Below are positions 24,925-34,048 of a stretch of 62,526 nt of DNA, in pieces (within the stretch, counting starts at the first letter, position 1; each line of letters starts with the position of its first letter). Source of the stretch: an uncultured Candidatus Saccharibacteria bacterium (GTDB lineage Bacteria; Patescibacteriota; Minisyncoccia; JBAYJV01); assembly GCA_964398685.1 (NCBI GenBank), contig CAYNNF010000005.1, positions 1 through 62,526 on the forward strand. Direction: 5' to 3'. Made by a program: the position numbers and the translations under genes. The notes beneath the pieces are model-generated. The model searched no databases. It saw only the letters and a program-made list of their open reading frames with translations, and was not told where the DNA came from.

Positions 24925-24948
24925 CCCGCCACAATGCTGTGTGGCGGG
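24925..24948 (-). terminator. Strong intrinsic terminator (minus strand) about 60 nt upstream of secA
   Basis: cccgccaca-n6-tgtggcggg is a 9-bp GC-rich stem. On the minus strand it is followed by TTTTTTCTTTT. Confidence 0.75.
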
Positions 24949-24953
24949 AATTA

Positions 24954-25226
24954 CTACCTTAGGTGCTGATATTTCTCCATCCTAAGCAAGATTTTTTTCT
25001 GAAAAGTAAGAGGTATTATCCAAACAATCGCCTCCCAGATAAAATCTCCAAAATCTAGATATTCCGAGGCCCTGTATATAAATACAATGTTTCTTAAGAA
25101 AGCTTCTTTTCTTTTTAGCCGCCAGATATAAAACTTAATACGAATTAAGTGAATCCTGTTGCTTACTAAGAAAACTGTCGTCCACTCTTTCTTTCTAAAA
25201 TATATTGGAGGCTCAGCCTCCAACAT
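24954..25226 (-). CDS. Doubtful 90-codon ORF between two terminators
   Basis: This is the only ORF in the hpf-secA spacer. Its ATG lies just upstream of (5' to) the hpf terminator hairpin, so the first codons run through it, and its stop is 5 nt before the next terminator. No recognisable motif. Confidence 0.2.
   Translation of the reverse strand: MLEAEPPIYFRKKEWTTVFLVSNRIHLIRIKFYIWRLKRKEAFLRNIVFIYRASEYLDFGDFIWEAIVWIIPLTFQKKILLRMEKYQHLR
25204..25222 (-). terminator. Terminator hairpin after hpf
   Basis: ttggaggc-tca-gcctccaa is an 8-bp stem. On the minus strand it is followed by an AT/T-rich tract. Confidence 0.6.
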
Positions 25227-25265
25227 ATTTTATTGATTCGTTAAAGATTCGCGCCAATTCGCGAC

Positions 25266-25676
25266 CTATATCCCTTCTTCTCTATTTCTTCCTCCTTTTT
25301 TTCTAACAAAAGATAAAGGAGAAAAATGTGTCATCGCTTTCCATATTCTTGCTTGTCTTCTTTCTTTGGCAAAAAATTTGTCTTTATAATGTTTTAATTC
25401 TCTAATCATTCTTATTTCCATTTTATCAATCGCACCAAAAATACTTTCACTCCTTTCTTCGGAATGAATTGTTCTGTTTTTAAGAATAATATCAATCTTC
25501 GCTTCAAAATAATTGCCCTTATGATGATGTCGAGTAGTTTTAGAAAGCTCAATCCAAACTTCATTCTTTCCCTTAACATAAGGCAAAAGTTTTTTGATAG
25601 TTTTGAGTTTCTTGTTCAAATAATTTTCAATGCCCTGAGACAATGTAAAGCCAGTAGCTTTTGTATGAATATTCAT
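25266..25676 (-). CDS. hpf: Ribosome hibernation promoting factor / RaiA family
   Basis: MNIHTKATGFTLSQGIENYLNKKL...EAKIDIILKNRTIHSEERSESIFGAIDKM follows the S30AE/HPF beta-alpha-beta-beta-beta-alpha pattern. Confidence 0.8.
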   Translation of the reverse strand: MNIHTKATGFTLSQGIENYLNKKLKTIKKLLPYVKGKNEVWIELSKTTRHHHKGNYFEAKIDIILKNRTIHSEERSESIFGAIDKMEIRMIRELKHYKDKFFAKERRQARIWKAMTHFSPLSFVRKKGGRNREEGI

Positions 25677-25712
25677 AGTGAGTAAAATTCAAATGACAAA
25701 ATGACACATAGT

Positions 25713-25787
25713 GTCATCCTGAACGGAGTGAAGGATCTCCCATTTTTTTCTTCTTGCCATGAGATTCTTCGTTTCGCTCAGAATGAC
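25713..25787. repeat. Imperfect 27-nt inverted repeat pair (dispersed GTCATYCTGAAC..AGTGAAGRATCT motif) forming a long hairpin
   Basis: The left arm gtcatcctgaacggagtgaaggatctc is at 25713-25739. The right arm gagattcttcgtttcgctcagaatgac is at 25761-25787, with a 21-nt spacer. A related solo arm lies at 19139-19164. Confidence 0.8.
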
Positions 25788-25880
25788 CTTATTCTCGTTT
25801 AGTCATTTAACACTTAACATTGATTTAATATTTAATATTTGGATTTTGAAATTAGCTCATAACACAAAATTAAATTAGTT

Positions 25881-27647
25881 TTATAACAGAACATCCTCTC
25901 CTAACAAATAAAAATCTCTCTCAGCTTTGTTAATAATATAAACACTATTCCAATCTCGTTCCGAATTAATAAATTCTTCGCCTGAAATATTAAGCCAGTG
26001 TTTTTGTCCCATTTCATCAATTTCGTAAACTTTTTTATCACCGTCAGTTCGGATTAAATTACTTTCTTTATAAAGATTTAATTCATAGCGTGAAATTTCT
26101 TTAACAATCCCCCAGTTTAGGTGTTCGTAAAAACCAAAGATTTCTCCTGACTCAATGTGCCGCTTGTATTCTCCCTTAATAATGTACACTTTATAATCTC
26201 CTTTTGCCCGAACCAAATCACCGTCAGAGAGGGAAGAATAAAACGCGGTTTGCGTTGCATTATTTTGTGTTTCATTAATTGTTGTTCCATTCGCAGCAAG
26301 AACCTCCTGATTCTTGTTTTGAGCTTCTATAATAAAAGTAAAGTTGTTATAATCCAATGTTTCGTCTTGATATTGCCCTTCGTATGACACATAAGGTATA
26401 ACGATTATTTTTTGAATGTCATTGCCAAAACCCGATATCAAGATCTCGCCTTGATTATTTTCATTGAGAGGCCAATCGCTGACAACATAATTATTGCTGA
26501 AATCTATTTTTATAGTTTTAATTTTAAAATTACCTCTTGCGGGCGTTCCAGAAAAATTTAACTTTATATTTCCAATTTCTCCTTGTCCCGGCTCAATTTC
26601 ATACCAAAATGGACTCCACTCTTTCATTAGCGCAGCTCTTTGGATTATTAAGTTTCCAAAAATTTCATAAGTAGCAGTAGGATTAATCTTAAGATTTTTT
26701 AGGAGTGGATTTGTGTAGCCATAAAGCGCGCCTTTTTCTGTATTATTAATATAACAAGCCACTACCCAATCCGAGAAAACTTCATCAAATGTTTTTTCTA
26801 TTCCAATAGCATTTAAGGCATCGTTGACGGCTTTAATGCCCGACTTATCGCTTTCAATAAGTTCTCTAAAAAATTGCTTGCCATAATGATCGGCCATATA
26901 TTGTCCCAACATATTTATTGAAGAATAATCGTAAATCCTTCCTCGCCATTCCGTCAATGAATCAGATGAATATTGCTCAAATTTATCAACCCTTATTTTT
27001 AGATTTGAATTCTGATAATCTTCCGCGTCATAACCCAAATAGGTAGAAACATATTCACTCCTCAATTCATTGAGCCAAATATCATCTGCAATATTATGAA
27101 TTTTTTCTTTTTGGTTATAGCTAATAAGGTGTTGGAATTCGTGGGCAACATAAGATTTAAGGCGATTATCTAAAATATAGTCTGTATTAATATAAATCAT
27201 CTCTCTTTCGTTTGAATCGGAAACATTGTCAGAATCATATTCATTGCTTGGATCAAAGTATCCGCCCACGCCACCCATAAGGCGCGAAAAGAGGATAGTG
27301 ATTTTTGAATCATTGTCAATACCAGGATTCCAAACATCGCCAAAAAGATCAGTCAGTTTGGGATAGATGTTCTCGTCAAATTCTTTACTTAGTGTTTTAA
27401 TTTTTCTCTCAACAAGCAATTTATCTGCTCTATTGATTCTATCCAGATAAGAGTTTTCAATATAAAAATAAGCTTGATCCGATTCATAAAATAATTCTGC
27501 TTCTATCTCTTCGCGGCTTGAAATATCATAAAAAGCGTCAACATAAAAATTAGTCGATGTTGTTGCTTTTGCCGGCGCGGCAAAAACTATCAACCCAAAA
27601 AGGAAGATATAAGTAATTGCAGTAAATTTATAAAAAGTTTTTCTCAT
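25881..27647 (-). CDS. Secreted gluzincin-type (MA clan) zinc metallopeptidase with C-terminal repeat domain
   Basis: It has a signal peptide (ITYIFLFGLIVFAAPAKA). HEFQH is followed 20 residues later by WLNELRSE, giving an HExxH...E pattern. The C-terminus carries two copies of the K[IV]Y.I..G.K..I repeat shared with 19175-20479. Confidence 0.65.
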   Translation of the reverse strand: MRKTFYKFTAITYIFLFGLIVFAAPAKATTSTNFYVDAFYDISSREEIEAELFYESDQAYFYIENSYLDRINRADKLLVERKIKTLSKEFDENIYPKLTDLFGDVWNPGIDNDSKITILFSRLMGGVGGYFDPSNEYDSDNVSDSNEREMIYINTDYILDNRLKSYVAHEFQHLISYNQKEKIHNIADDIWLNELRSEYVSTYLGYDAEDYQNSNLKIRVDKFEQYSSDSLTEWRGRIYDYSSINMLGQYMADHYGKQFFRELIESDKSGIKAVNDALNAIGIEKTFDEVFSDWVVACYINNTEKGALYGYTNPLLKNLKINPTATYEIFGNLIIQRAALMKEWSPFWYEIEPGQGEIGNIKLNFSGTPARGNFKIKTIKIDFSNNYVVSDWPLNENNQGEILISGFGNDIQKIIVIPYVSYEGQYQDETLDYNNFTFIIEAQNKNQEVLAANGTTINETQNNATQTAFYSSLSDGDLVRAKGDYKVYIIKGEYKRHIESGEIFGFYEHLNWGIVKEISRYELNLYKESNLIRTDGDKKVYEIDEMGQKHWLNISGEEFINSERDWNSVYIINKAERDFYLLGEDVLL

Positions 27648-27708
27648 TTTAATTAAAATTTTTATATAGTATAAATGTCCGACATCTACATTATTGTATT
27701 TTTGATCA

Positions 27709-29556
27709 TTAACTAAAGAAACGGCCTTTTAACGCCACAATCCATATTCCAAAAAGAATTGAGGAAATAGCTGTTGTCAAAAAAAGAATTATTTTCGGCT
27801 TTAATCTTATTATTTTAGCCAATCCTGTCGTGCTTATTAATTTATTTTTATTTAACGATATTTTTTTGATAGAATTATTTAAATCATTTACTGCAAACTG
27901 CGCTAAATAATCATTTTGAGCAAACACCTCTTTAATGCGAAAACTTTCATCTAAATCGGCTAATGTTGGCAATTTAACATTATAGCCAAATGAATTTATG
28001 AGTAAATTAAGAGAAATTCTTTTTTTGGGTAGGGCAACTTCAGCTTCAGCGCCTAATAAATAATGGCTGGATTCTGACAATTTTTCTTTTATTTCTTTGG
28101 CATTTTGCTGGCTTAAATTTTTTGTAATGTTTTCTGAGAAAATTAAATTTTGAATTCCCGGCGTAGGCAGTTCTGTCCAAAAAAAATTTTCTCCTTTTTT
28201 AGCAGCCGCGCACCCTGCATTGACATCTTCGTAACTCACTTCGTCAGCTATTTCTCCCATTGGGTAGAGAAGCCGCACTTGGTCATTGTCGTTATTAAGC
28301 GCTATTTTTGTAACACTCCGCCTCAAAACCAAATAACTGTTTGGCGCCATAAACGAGTGTTCCGGAAAAACGAAAGGCGACGAACCTCCATCTTCATCGT
28401 CTAATTTCCAGCCTGATAGGTCAATAACTTCGTGAGAATTATTCCAAAGTTCTATCCATTCGCCTTCTTCGTCTTTGCCTTCAGGATCGGGTAATAATTC
28501 TGAAATATAAACTTCGCTTGGGTAGACCGTAACTATAATATTGTCATTGTTGCGCCATTGTCCATCAAAAACTTCAAGCGTTACCAAGTATTCACCAGAA
28601 TAAAAATAAGTATAATCGAAACTTGCGCCCTTTTCAAAACTTCCATCTCCCAAATTCCAAAGATAAGTTAGGTCTTCGCCGTCTGGATCAGAGGAAGCAG
28701 AACCGTCAAAATGAATTAAAGCGCCAACATTTGTGATAATATCGTCTCCAGCATCGGCTATCGGAGCAATATTTAAATTAGAAACTGAACTTCCTTGCGC
28801 GGTTTCGCCCGCTGTTTGATCGTCTTGACCGTCTCCATTTTGTTCATCTCCGCCTTCTTCTTGTTGATTATCTTCTTCATCCTGTGATACATAAGAACTG
28901 TTCTCTTTTCCTGGACTTCCTTTCTCAATCGCACCCATAATAAAACCCTGAGAATCAGTAGCTGTATGCCAATTCTCTGCTAAAGAACCATCATTAGGAG
29001 GAGTATTGCGTTCCATTGAACAATAAATTCCCTCGCTTTTTGTATATGTTCCAGCTGCCCATTTATCGCCTTTCGCTGTGTCAATTTTCTTCCCTCCGCT
29101 GTCTTTCAAGACTAGATCACCATTATTGACGTTGGCTAAAGAAATATTTCTCATATTTATCACCCGCCAGCTCACAATCACATCCAATACTGTAAAATCA
29201 GAACCATCAGCGATTGAATAGTAGGAGATTAGATAAAAATTATTTGCAGGAATAATATGTTCACTACCGTCTTCGGGAATCATAAGATCGCCACCCCCAG
29301 AAGACCCTCCTTCAATTATCCATCCTGAAATATCTATATCCTGAGAAGTCATATTTTTCAATTCTATCCATTCGTCCTTAGAAGAGGCGCTTGAACCCAT
29401 CCAGGCAATTTCGTTAATCACCACATCTCCGGGCTCAGCTGCTTGAACAGTATCTCCAAAAACAAAAAGTCCGCTCAAACAAAATATTAACAGAAGCAAG
29501 CTTGACGGAAGATTGAGCAGACCTTTAGACATAAATAATATAAACCTGGATGACAT
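27709..29556 (-). CDS. Surface protein with two lamin-tail domains, a PKD domain and a C-terminal TM anchor
   Basis: LTD signatures are VVINEIAWMGSSASSKDEWIELKN...ISGW and VYISELLPDPEGKDEEGEWIELWN...LSGWKL. The PKD-like block is FDGSASSDPDGEDLTYLWNLGDG...YTYFYSGEYLVTLEVFD. There is an N-terminal signal and a C-terminal helix. Confidence 0.75.
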   Translation of the reverse strand: MSSRFILFMSKGLLNLPSSLLLLIFCLSGLFVFGDTVQAAEPGDVVINEIAWMGSSASSKDEWIELKNMTSQDIDISGWIIEGGSSGGGDLMIPEDGSEHIIPANNFYLISYYSIADGSDFTVLDVIVSWRVINMRNISLANVNNGDLVLKDSGGKKIDTAKGDKWAAGTYTKSEGIYCSMERNTPPNDGSLAENWHTATDSQGFIMGAIEKGSPGKENSSYVSQDEEDNQQEEGGDEQNGDGQDDQTAGETAQGSSVSNLNIAPIADAGDDIITNVGALIHFDGSASSDPDGEDLTYLWNLGDGSFEKGASFDYTYFYSGEYLVTLEVFDGQWRNNDNIIVTVYPSEVYISELLPDPEGKDEEGEWIELWNNSHEVIDLSGWKLDDEDGGSSPFVFPEHSFMAPNSYLVLRRSVTKIALNNDNDQVRLLYPMGEIADEVSYEDVNAGCAAAKKGENFFWTELPTPGIQNLIFSENITKNLSQQNAKEIKEKLSESSHYLLGAEAEVALPKKRISLNLLINSFGYNVKLPTLADLDESFRIKEVFAQNDYLAQFAVNDLNNSIKKISLNKNKLISTTGLAKIIRLKPKIILFLTTAISSILFGIWIVALKGRFFS

Positions 29557-29565
29557 TGGATCAAA

Positions 29566-29853
29566 TCACTTCTCCTTTTTTATTTCTTTTAATAATGATT
29601 GTACTTCCTCTTTGTTCTCTTCAAAAATCTTTTTAATCTGATCTTTGTGTTTAAGAAGGGCGGGAAGAGAATCAAGCTTTAAATTTTTTAGCGCGGGGTG
29701 TTTGCCAATAAATTCCTTAAATTTTCCTTGCATCTTGACTAAATCTTTAGGTGAAATACCCGAGAGATCAACGTTAAGTTGAGCATTATCTACTCCCCAA
29801 TCTTTAAGTCCTTTTTTAATTTTTCTCTGAACAATTTTATCAAAAATTTTCAT
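29566..29853 (-). CDS. Small hypothetical protein
   Basis: 95-aa Lys-rich soluble ORF packed tightly between neighbours on the same strand. Confidence 0.45.
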   Translation of the reverse strand: MKIFDKIVQRKIKKGLKDWGVDNAQLNVDLSGISPKDLVKMQGKFKEFIGKHPALKNLKLDSLPALLKHKDQIKKIFEENKEEVQSLLKEIKKEK

Positions 29854-29876
29854 ATTTTTAAATGAAACAAATATAT

Positions 29877-32063
29877 TTATTCTATTTTTATGCCCATGTT
29901 TTCTATCCCCTCTCTGTTATCAGGATTAATTTCCATCGCCTTTTTAATATGGAAAAGGGCTTTTTCTTTATCAATGGCAACATAAAGTCCTGCTAAAATA
30001 AGATGGAACTTATCCTCTCTATCCTCTATTTTGGATAATTTTTCAAAGATTTTAATAAACCATTCTCTATCATCTTGTTCTAAAAAATTTGCGCCAAAAA
30101 GGAAACTCCAGGGAAATCTATCCTGACTAATAGCTCGCGCTAAAAGAATTCTTCCCTGTTCCTTCTGTCCTCCAAGGAAATGAATTTTAGCCGCTTCCCA
30201 AAACGAACGATAATAATTGGGATTAAGATTGATAGCTTTATTCATATATTCCAGCATTTTTTCATATTCACCGCGTCTAAAGTTTATATTAGTCAACTCA
30301 TAATACGGTTCAAATTTATTAGGAGCATCTTCTAAAAACGATTGATATATTTTTTCTGCTTTATCAACATAGCTTGGTTCTAAACTGCTTTTTGATTGAT
30401 AAAGAGAAGCAAGAATAAGGTTGTTTTTTAAATCGCGCGGCTGTTTTTGGTATATTTTTTCTTCTTCCTGAATAGCGAAATCAAGATAAGGAAGCAATCC
30501 TTCATCTCCTAATTTCTGATGAACAAGATTAAGCCCCTTGGCCATTTCGCTAATAATTTCCTGATTGCCAAGAGTATTTAATTTTAACGCCGACTGATAT
30601 ATGGGGAGAACAATGTTAGCTGGCTGTCCTTGGTATTCTAATCTAAGTCCGTCAACTCCGCGCCGCGCCGCCATCATGGGCTTAACGCTTCCTTGAATAA
30701 AAGCAAATCCCAGAATAACGCTTCCGATTAAAAGAATTACTGTGTAGATAAATTTTTCTTCTTGATTCTTTTTGTCTTTTTGTTTGTTCTCCCGAAAACT
30801 AATATAGCCAATAAATCCTAATGTGGAATACCACCAGAGATATGATCCTTGACTGTCAAATAAAAAAGCATTTTGGATAAAATAGGCCACGATAAACGCA
30901 ATTAGGGCAAGACGAGAATCAGACAATGATTTTCTTTTTTTCCACAAAATAACAACTGCTCCGCCAAGAATCGTAAGATAAGCAAGAAGGCCGAAAATGC
31001 CTGAATCCCCGCCCACCTCAAATATTTTACTATGGGGCTTATCAAACCAAACATCTTCGTAAGAAGCTGTTTCGGGATCGTAATACCTGGCAAAAGTGTA
31101 ACCATTAGAACTCCTGCCCCAGCCAAACCAAAGTTTATCTTTCCATGCCTCCCAACTTATTTTCCAAACATATCCTCTAGTCTCAAGCGAAGCTGAATGA
31201 GCAAAAACATTAAAACGGCTAGGGATAACTTTAGTAACCGCCCAATTAGGATGAGAAAAGACAAAAGCGCTTAAAGCTAACAAGATGCCAAGTCCCGCAA
31301 AAATTCCAAGATAAATTTTTCTTCTTTCAGAAAAAAGTCCGCCTAATATTAAAAAAATAACTGTGCCCAAAAATACCGCCAACAACGATCCTCTTGTCTG
31401 GCTGATTAAAATTGCCATCGCGCCCAAGATTCCATTGCCAAAATACAAAAGGCGCCACCAAAAATCTCTGTCCGCCAAAAAGAGAAACAAGGCAAGAAAT
31501 ATTTGAAATACTCCCATTGTCCCAAGATAAGTGGCATTGCCTAAGGTAGAAAATGCTCTTACGCCGCCAAACTGCGCTAAATAGGAAAAACCCATTTTTT
31601 GTAAAAGCCCCAAAAAATCTATAAAGATGAAGGTGACTAAAATAAGGCGCAAAAACCAGAGCCATTCTTTTTTAGTTCTAAGCACATTGCTAAGCACCAA
31701 AAAATACGCCCCAAAATGGTATAGGTTAAAAAGACCGTCCATCCGTTCATAGTTAGACCAAAAGCTAAAAGAGAAATCAAAGCCAAAAATACTGGAAGCC
31801 GTAACAATGGCAAAATATATTAAAATAGCCCAAGTTAAAAAATTAAATCTTGGCCTATATTTGGGCGCGATAATAATCAAAATAAGATACAACAATGAAA
31901 CAATTTCAACGAGAATTTGAAAAGCAATCGCCTTGCCGACAACAAAAGGAAAATAAGTAGATACGCTAATAAAAAGCGGAGTTAGGAGGGTTAATCCTAA
32001 TCCTAACTTAATAGCAATCGCTAAAAATTTTTCCAAATTAGAATTGTTAAATTGTTGTTTCAT
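29877..32063 (-). CDS. Wzy_C (O-antigen ligase/polymerase-like) polytopic membrane protein fused to C-terminal TPR repeats
   Basis: 728 aa with more than 10 TM segments. It has the SQTRGSLLAVFLG block typical of the Wzy_C domain. The C-terminal ~250 aa carry TPR-like repeats (e.g. YYELTNINFRRGEYEKMLEYMNKAINLNPNY). Confidence 0.7.
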   Translation of the reverse strand: MKQQFNNSNLEKFLAIAIKLGLGLTLLTPLFISVSTYFPFVVGKAIAFQILVEIVSLLYLILIIIAPKYRPRFNFLTWAILIYFAIVTASSIFGFDFSFSFWSNYERMDGLFNLYHFGAYFLVLSNVLRTKKEWLWFLRLILVTFIFIDFLGLLQKMGFSYLAQFGGVRAFSTLGNATYLGTMGVFQIFLALFLFLADRDFWWRLLYFGNGILGAMAILISQTRGSLLAVFLGTVIFLILGGLFSERRKIYLGIFAGLGILLALSAFVFSHPNWAVTKVIPSRFNVFAHSASLETRGYVWKISWEAWKDKLWFGWGRSSNGYTFARYYDPETASYEDVWFDKPHSKIFEVGGDSGIFGLLAYLTILGGAVVILWKKRKSLSDSRLALIAFIVAYFIQNAFLFDSQGSYLWWYSTLGFIGYISFRENKQKDKKNQEEKFIYTVILLIGSVILGFAFIQGSVKPMMAARRGVDGLRLEYQGQPANIVLPIYQSALKLNTLGNQEIISEMAKGLNLVHQKLGDEGLLPYLDFAIQEEEKIYQKQPRDLKNNLILASLYQSKSSLEPSYVDKAEKIYQSFLEDAPNKFEPYYELTNINFRRGEYEKMLEYMNKAINLNPNYYRSFWEAAKIHFLGGQKEQGRILLARAISQDRFPWSFLFGANFLEQDDREWFIKIFEKLSKIEDREDKFHLILAGLYVAIDKEKALFHIKKAMEINPDNREGIENMGIKIE

Positions 32064-32073
32064 TATTCAATGT

Positions 32074-33960
32074 TCAACATTTTAGAGGATAAGCTTTTTC
32101 GCAATAATCTTTGGCTTCTTTTTCATTTCCCAATAAATTTTCTGTTTGAGCTAATTCACGATAGAAATCTACTCTTTTGGGAAATTTGTCAAGACCATCT
32201 AAAAGAGTTTTTTTTGCTAAGTTGGTATATTTGGCATCGCCAGTAGTCACTCCCAAAAGCTGATATACCTTAGCAAGACCAAAATAAGATTTAATGCTTA
32301 GGGGATAATCAGTTAAATTTTTCTTAAGTTCCACGTCCAAAGACGCAAGAACTTCTTCGTCTTGAAATCTTGCATCGCCTTCAATGGCCAAATTAGCAAT
32401 TCTTTCTGTCATAAGCAAGCGAAACTGATGAGAATTTTGAGGAAAAATATTTAATATTTCTTGATAGGTTTTTATGATTTCCTTTCCTGATATTTGGGTT
32501 TGCGCTGGTAAATTAAGTGTCACCTCAAAAAGACGAGACGACTTAATCGCCTTCCAATTGTATTGATAAAGACTAGCGCATAATAAAACAATTAAAATGA
32601 TACAAAAGCTTTTTTCGGCAACTGACAAATCTTTAGTTTTAAGTTTTTGTTCTTGGACTTTTGGTTTCCCAATAACCTGATATTCAAAATCCAAAAAGCT
32701 AATAACGCTGAAGAAAATCAGATAAGTTGCTGGCGTGTCAAATGCAAAAATATTTTGAAAAAGATAAGCAATAACAAGCCCGCTAAAAAACACTGTTACG
32801 GTCTTTCTTTTTCGGAAAAGCGACTTAAGATAAAATACCAGCGTTCCTATGATGCTTAAATAGGCTAATAACCCCAATATCCCCGATCCGGTTAATATTT
32901 CAAGATATTTATTGTGGGGCTTATCAAACCAAGATTGCTCATAGCGAAAAAGTTCCGGCTTGAAATGTTGGCTGAAGGCGGCCTCAAAATTTTCCTGCCC
33001 CCAACCCAAGATCGGCTTTGCCCGCCACGCTGATAAGCTAATTTCCCAAGTAATAATTCTAGCCTGATCAATTTTTAAATCTATGACCCTTCCAAGCGCA
33101 GTTCTTTCGAGCAGTGGTGAACTTCTAAAGCCGTACGCTGTTCCGCCTAATAAAATCAGAATTAAAAAGCTGAGTTCCATCGCGGTTTTTATTCTTTTTG
33201 AGGGCTTTAATATAAAAATAGCTAAAAAACTTAATCCCAGTAACCCAATAATAACACCGATAAATGGTCCTCGCGAACCTGATAAAACTACCAAAATAAA
33301 ATAAAAAATAGTCGCTACGCCAAAAAACATCCGCCAAATCTTTCTTTTTTCGCAGAAGAAAAACCATGCTCCAATAAATGTTGAGAAAGTAAAGAAAGCA
33401 CCTAAGTAAATTGGATTGCCAAATATGCCGGCAATTCTTCCAACGGTTTCCCCCGGAGAAAGTAAAGAAATAATTCCTACGATTAAACTTATTCCCAAAA
33501 ACATCTGCCAAAATATCTTCCAATCTTTTTCTTCAAAAAAACTTCGTAAAAGTAAAAAGTAAACAAAAAGATGAATTAAGAAAAACAATCCATCCATCCT
33601 CTCAAAGTTTGACCAAAAACTTTGGGTGAAATTAACGCCAAAGACAGCGGCTAAAAAATTGACAACAACAAAAGCTAAAAGCGTCCAAAACAACGGCGTT
33701 TTCCATTTGAATTTATTTTCTTGCGCGCGATATCCAAACAACAGATAAATAAGCCAAAGGATTGTTAATATCTCCACTATTATCTGAAAAAAGATCGCTT
33801 TTGAAAAGAAAAAAGGATAGATAACGCTCCTAAAAACAATAAGCGGCGTTAAAAGAGTTGAATAAAGCCCAATTTTAATTATTGTCTTTAACTTTTTGGA
33901 AATCTCTAAAGAATTCATTGTTCTGTTTTTAATTTTATCAGAAAAAATTCCATAGTACAA
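32074..33960 (-). CDS. Second Wzy_C-like membrane protein with C-terminal TPR repeats (paralog)
   Basis: 628 aa with the same architecture (SGSRGPFIGVIIGLLGL block, shared WFDKPHNKYLE / WFDKPHSKIFE motif, TPR-like tail). An alternative start at MNSLE (33918) is possible. Confidence 0.7.
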   Translation of the reverse strand: MYYGIFSDKIKNRTMNSLEISKKLKTIIKIGLYSTLLTPLIVFRSVIYPFFFSKAIFFQIIVEILTILWLIYLLFGYRAQENKFKWKTPLFWTLLAFVVVNFLAAVFGVNFTQSFWSNFERMDGLFFLIHLFVYFLLLRSFFEEKDWKIFWQMFLGISLIVGIISLLSPGETVGRIAGIFGNPIYLGAFFTFSTFIGAWFFFCEKRKIWRMFFGVATIFYFILVVLSGSRGPFIGVIIGLLGLSFLAIFILKPSKRIKTAMELSFLILILLGGTAYGFRSSPLLERTALGRVIDLKIDQARIITWEISLSAWRAKPILGWGQENFEAAFSQHFKPELFRYEQSWFDKPHNKYLEILTGSGILGLLAYLSIIGTLVFYLKSLFRKRKTVTVFFSGLVIAYLFQNIFAFDTPATYLIFFSVISFLDFEYQVIGKPKVQEQKLKTKDLSVAEKSFCIILIVLLCASLYQYNWKAIKSSRLFEVTLNLPAQTQISGKEIIKTYQEILNIFPQNSHQFRLLMTERIANLAIEGDARFQDEEVLASLDVELKKNLTDYPLSIKSYFGLAKVYQLLGVTTGDAKYTNLAKKTLLDGLDKFPKRVDFYRELAQTENLLGNEKEAKDYCEKAYPLKC

Positions 33961-34048
33961 CTAAGATTTCTACTTAAGTTTTAACAATTTTAACGCTAAA
34001 ACCTTAATTTGCCTTGATTTTTGCAAGGAAGGCGATAGAATAAAAACA

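Noticed and set aside
24950-25200. SRP RNA, 6S RNA or other named ncRNA in the hpf-secA spacer
   Set aside because: ggtgctg resembles the start of some SRP RNAs. However, the conserved domain IV motifs (GGAA/AGCAG-type loops) and a long closing helix are absent, and I cannot support any named family by eye.
31327-33523. Same-strand out-of-frame ORFs inside the Wzy_C-TPR genes (31327..31665, 30902..31126, 33125..33523)
   Set aside because: They are embedded in longer ORFs with coherent TM topology and family motifs. There is no independent start context.
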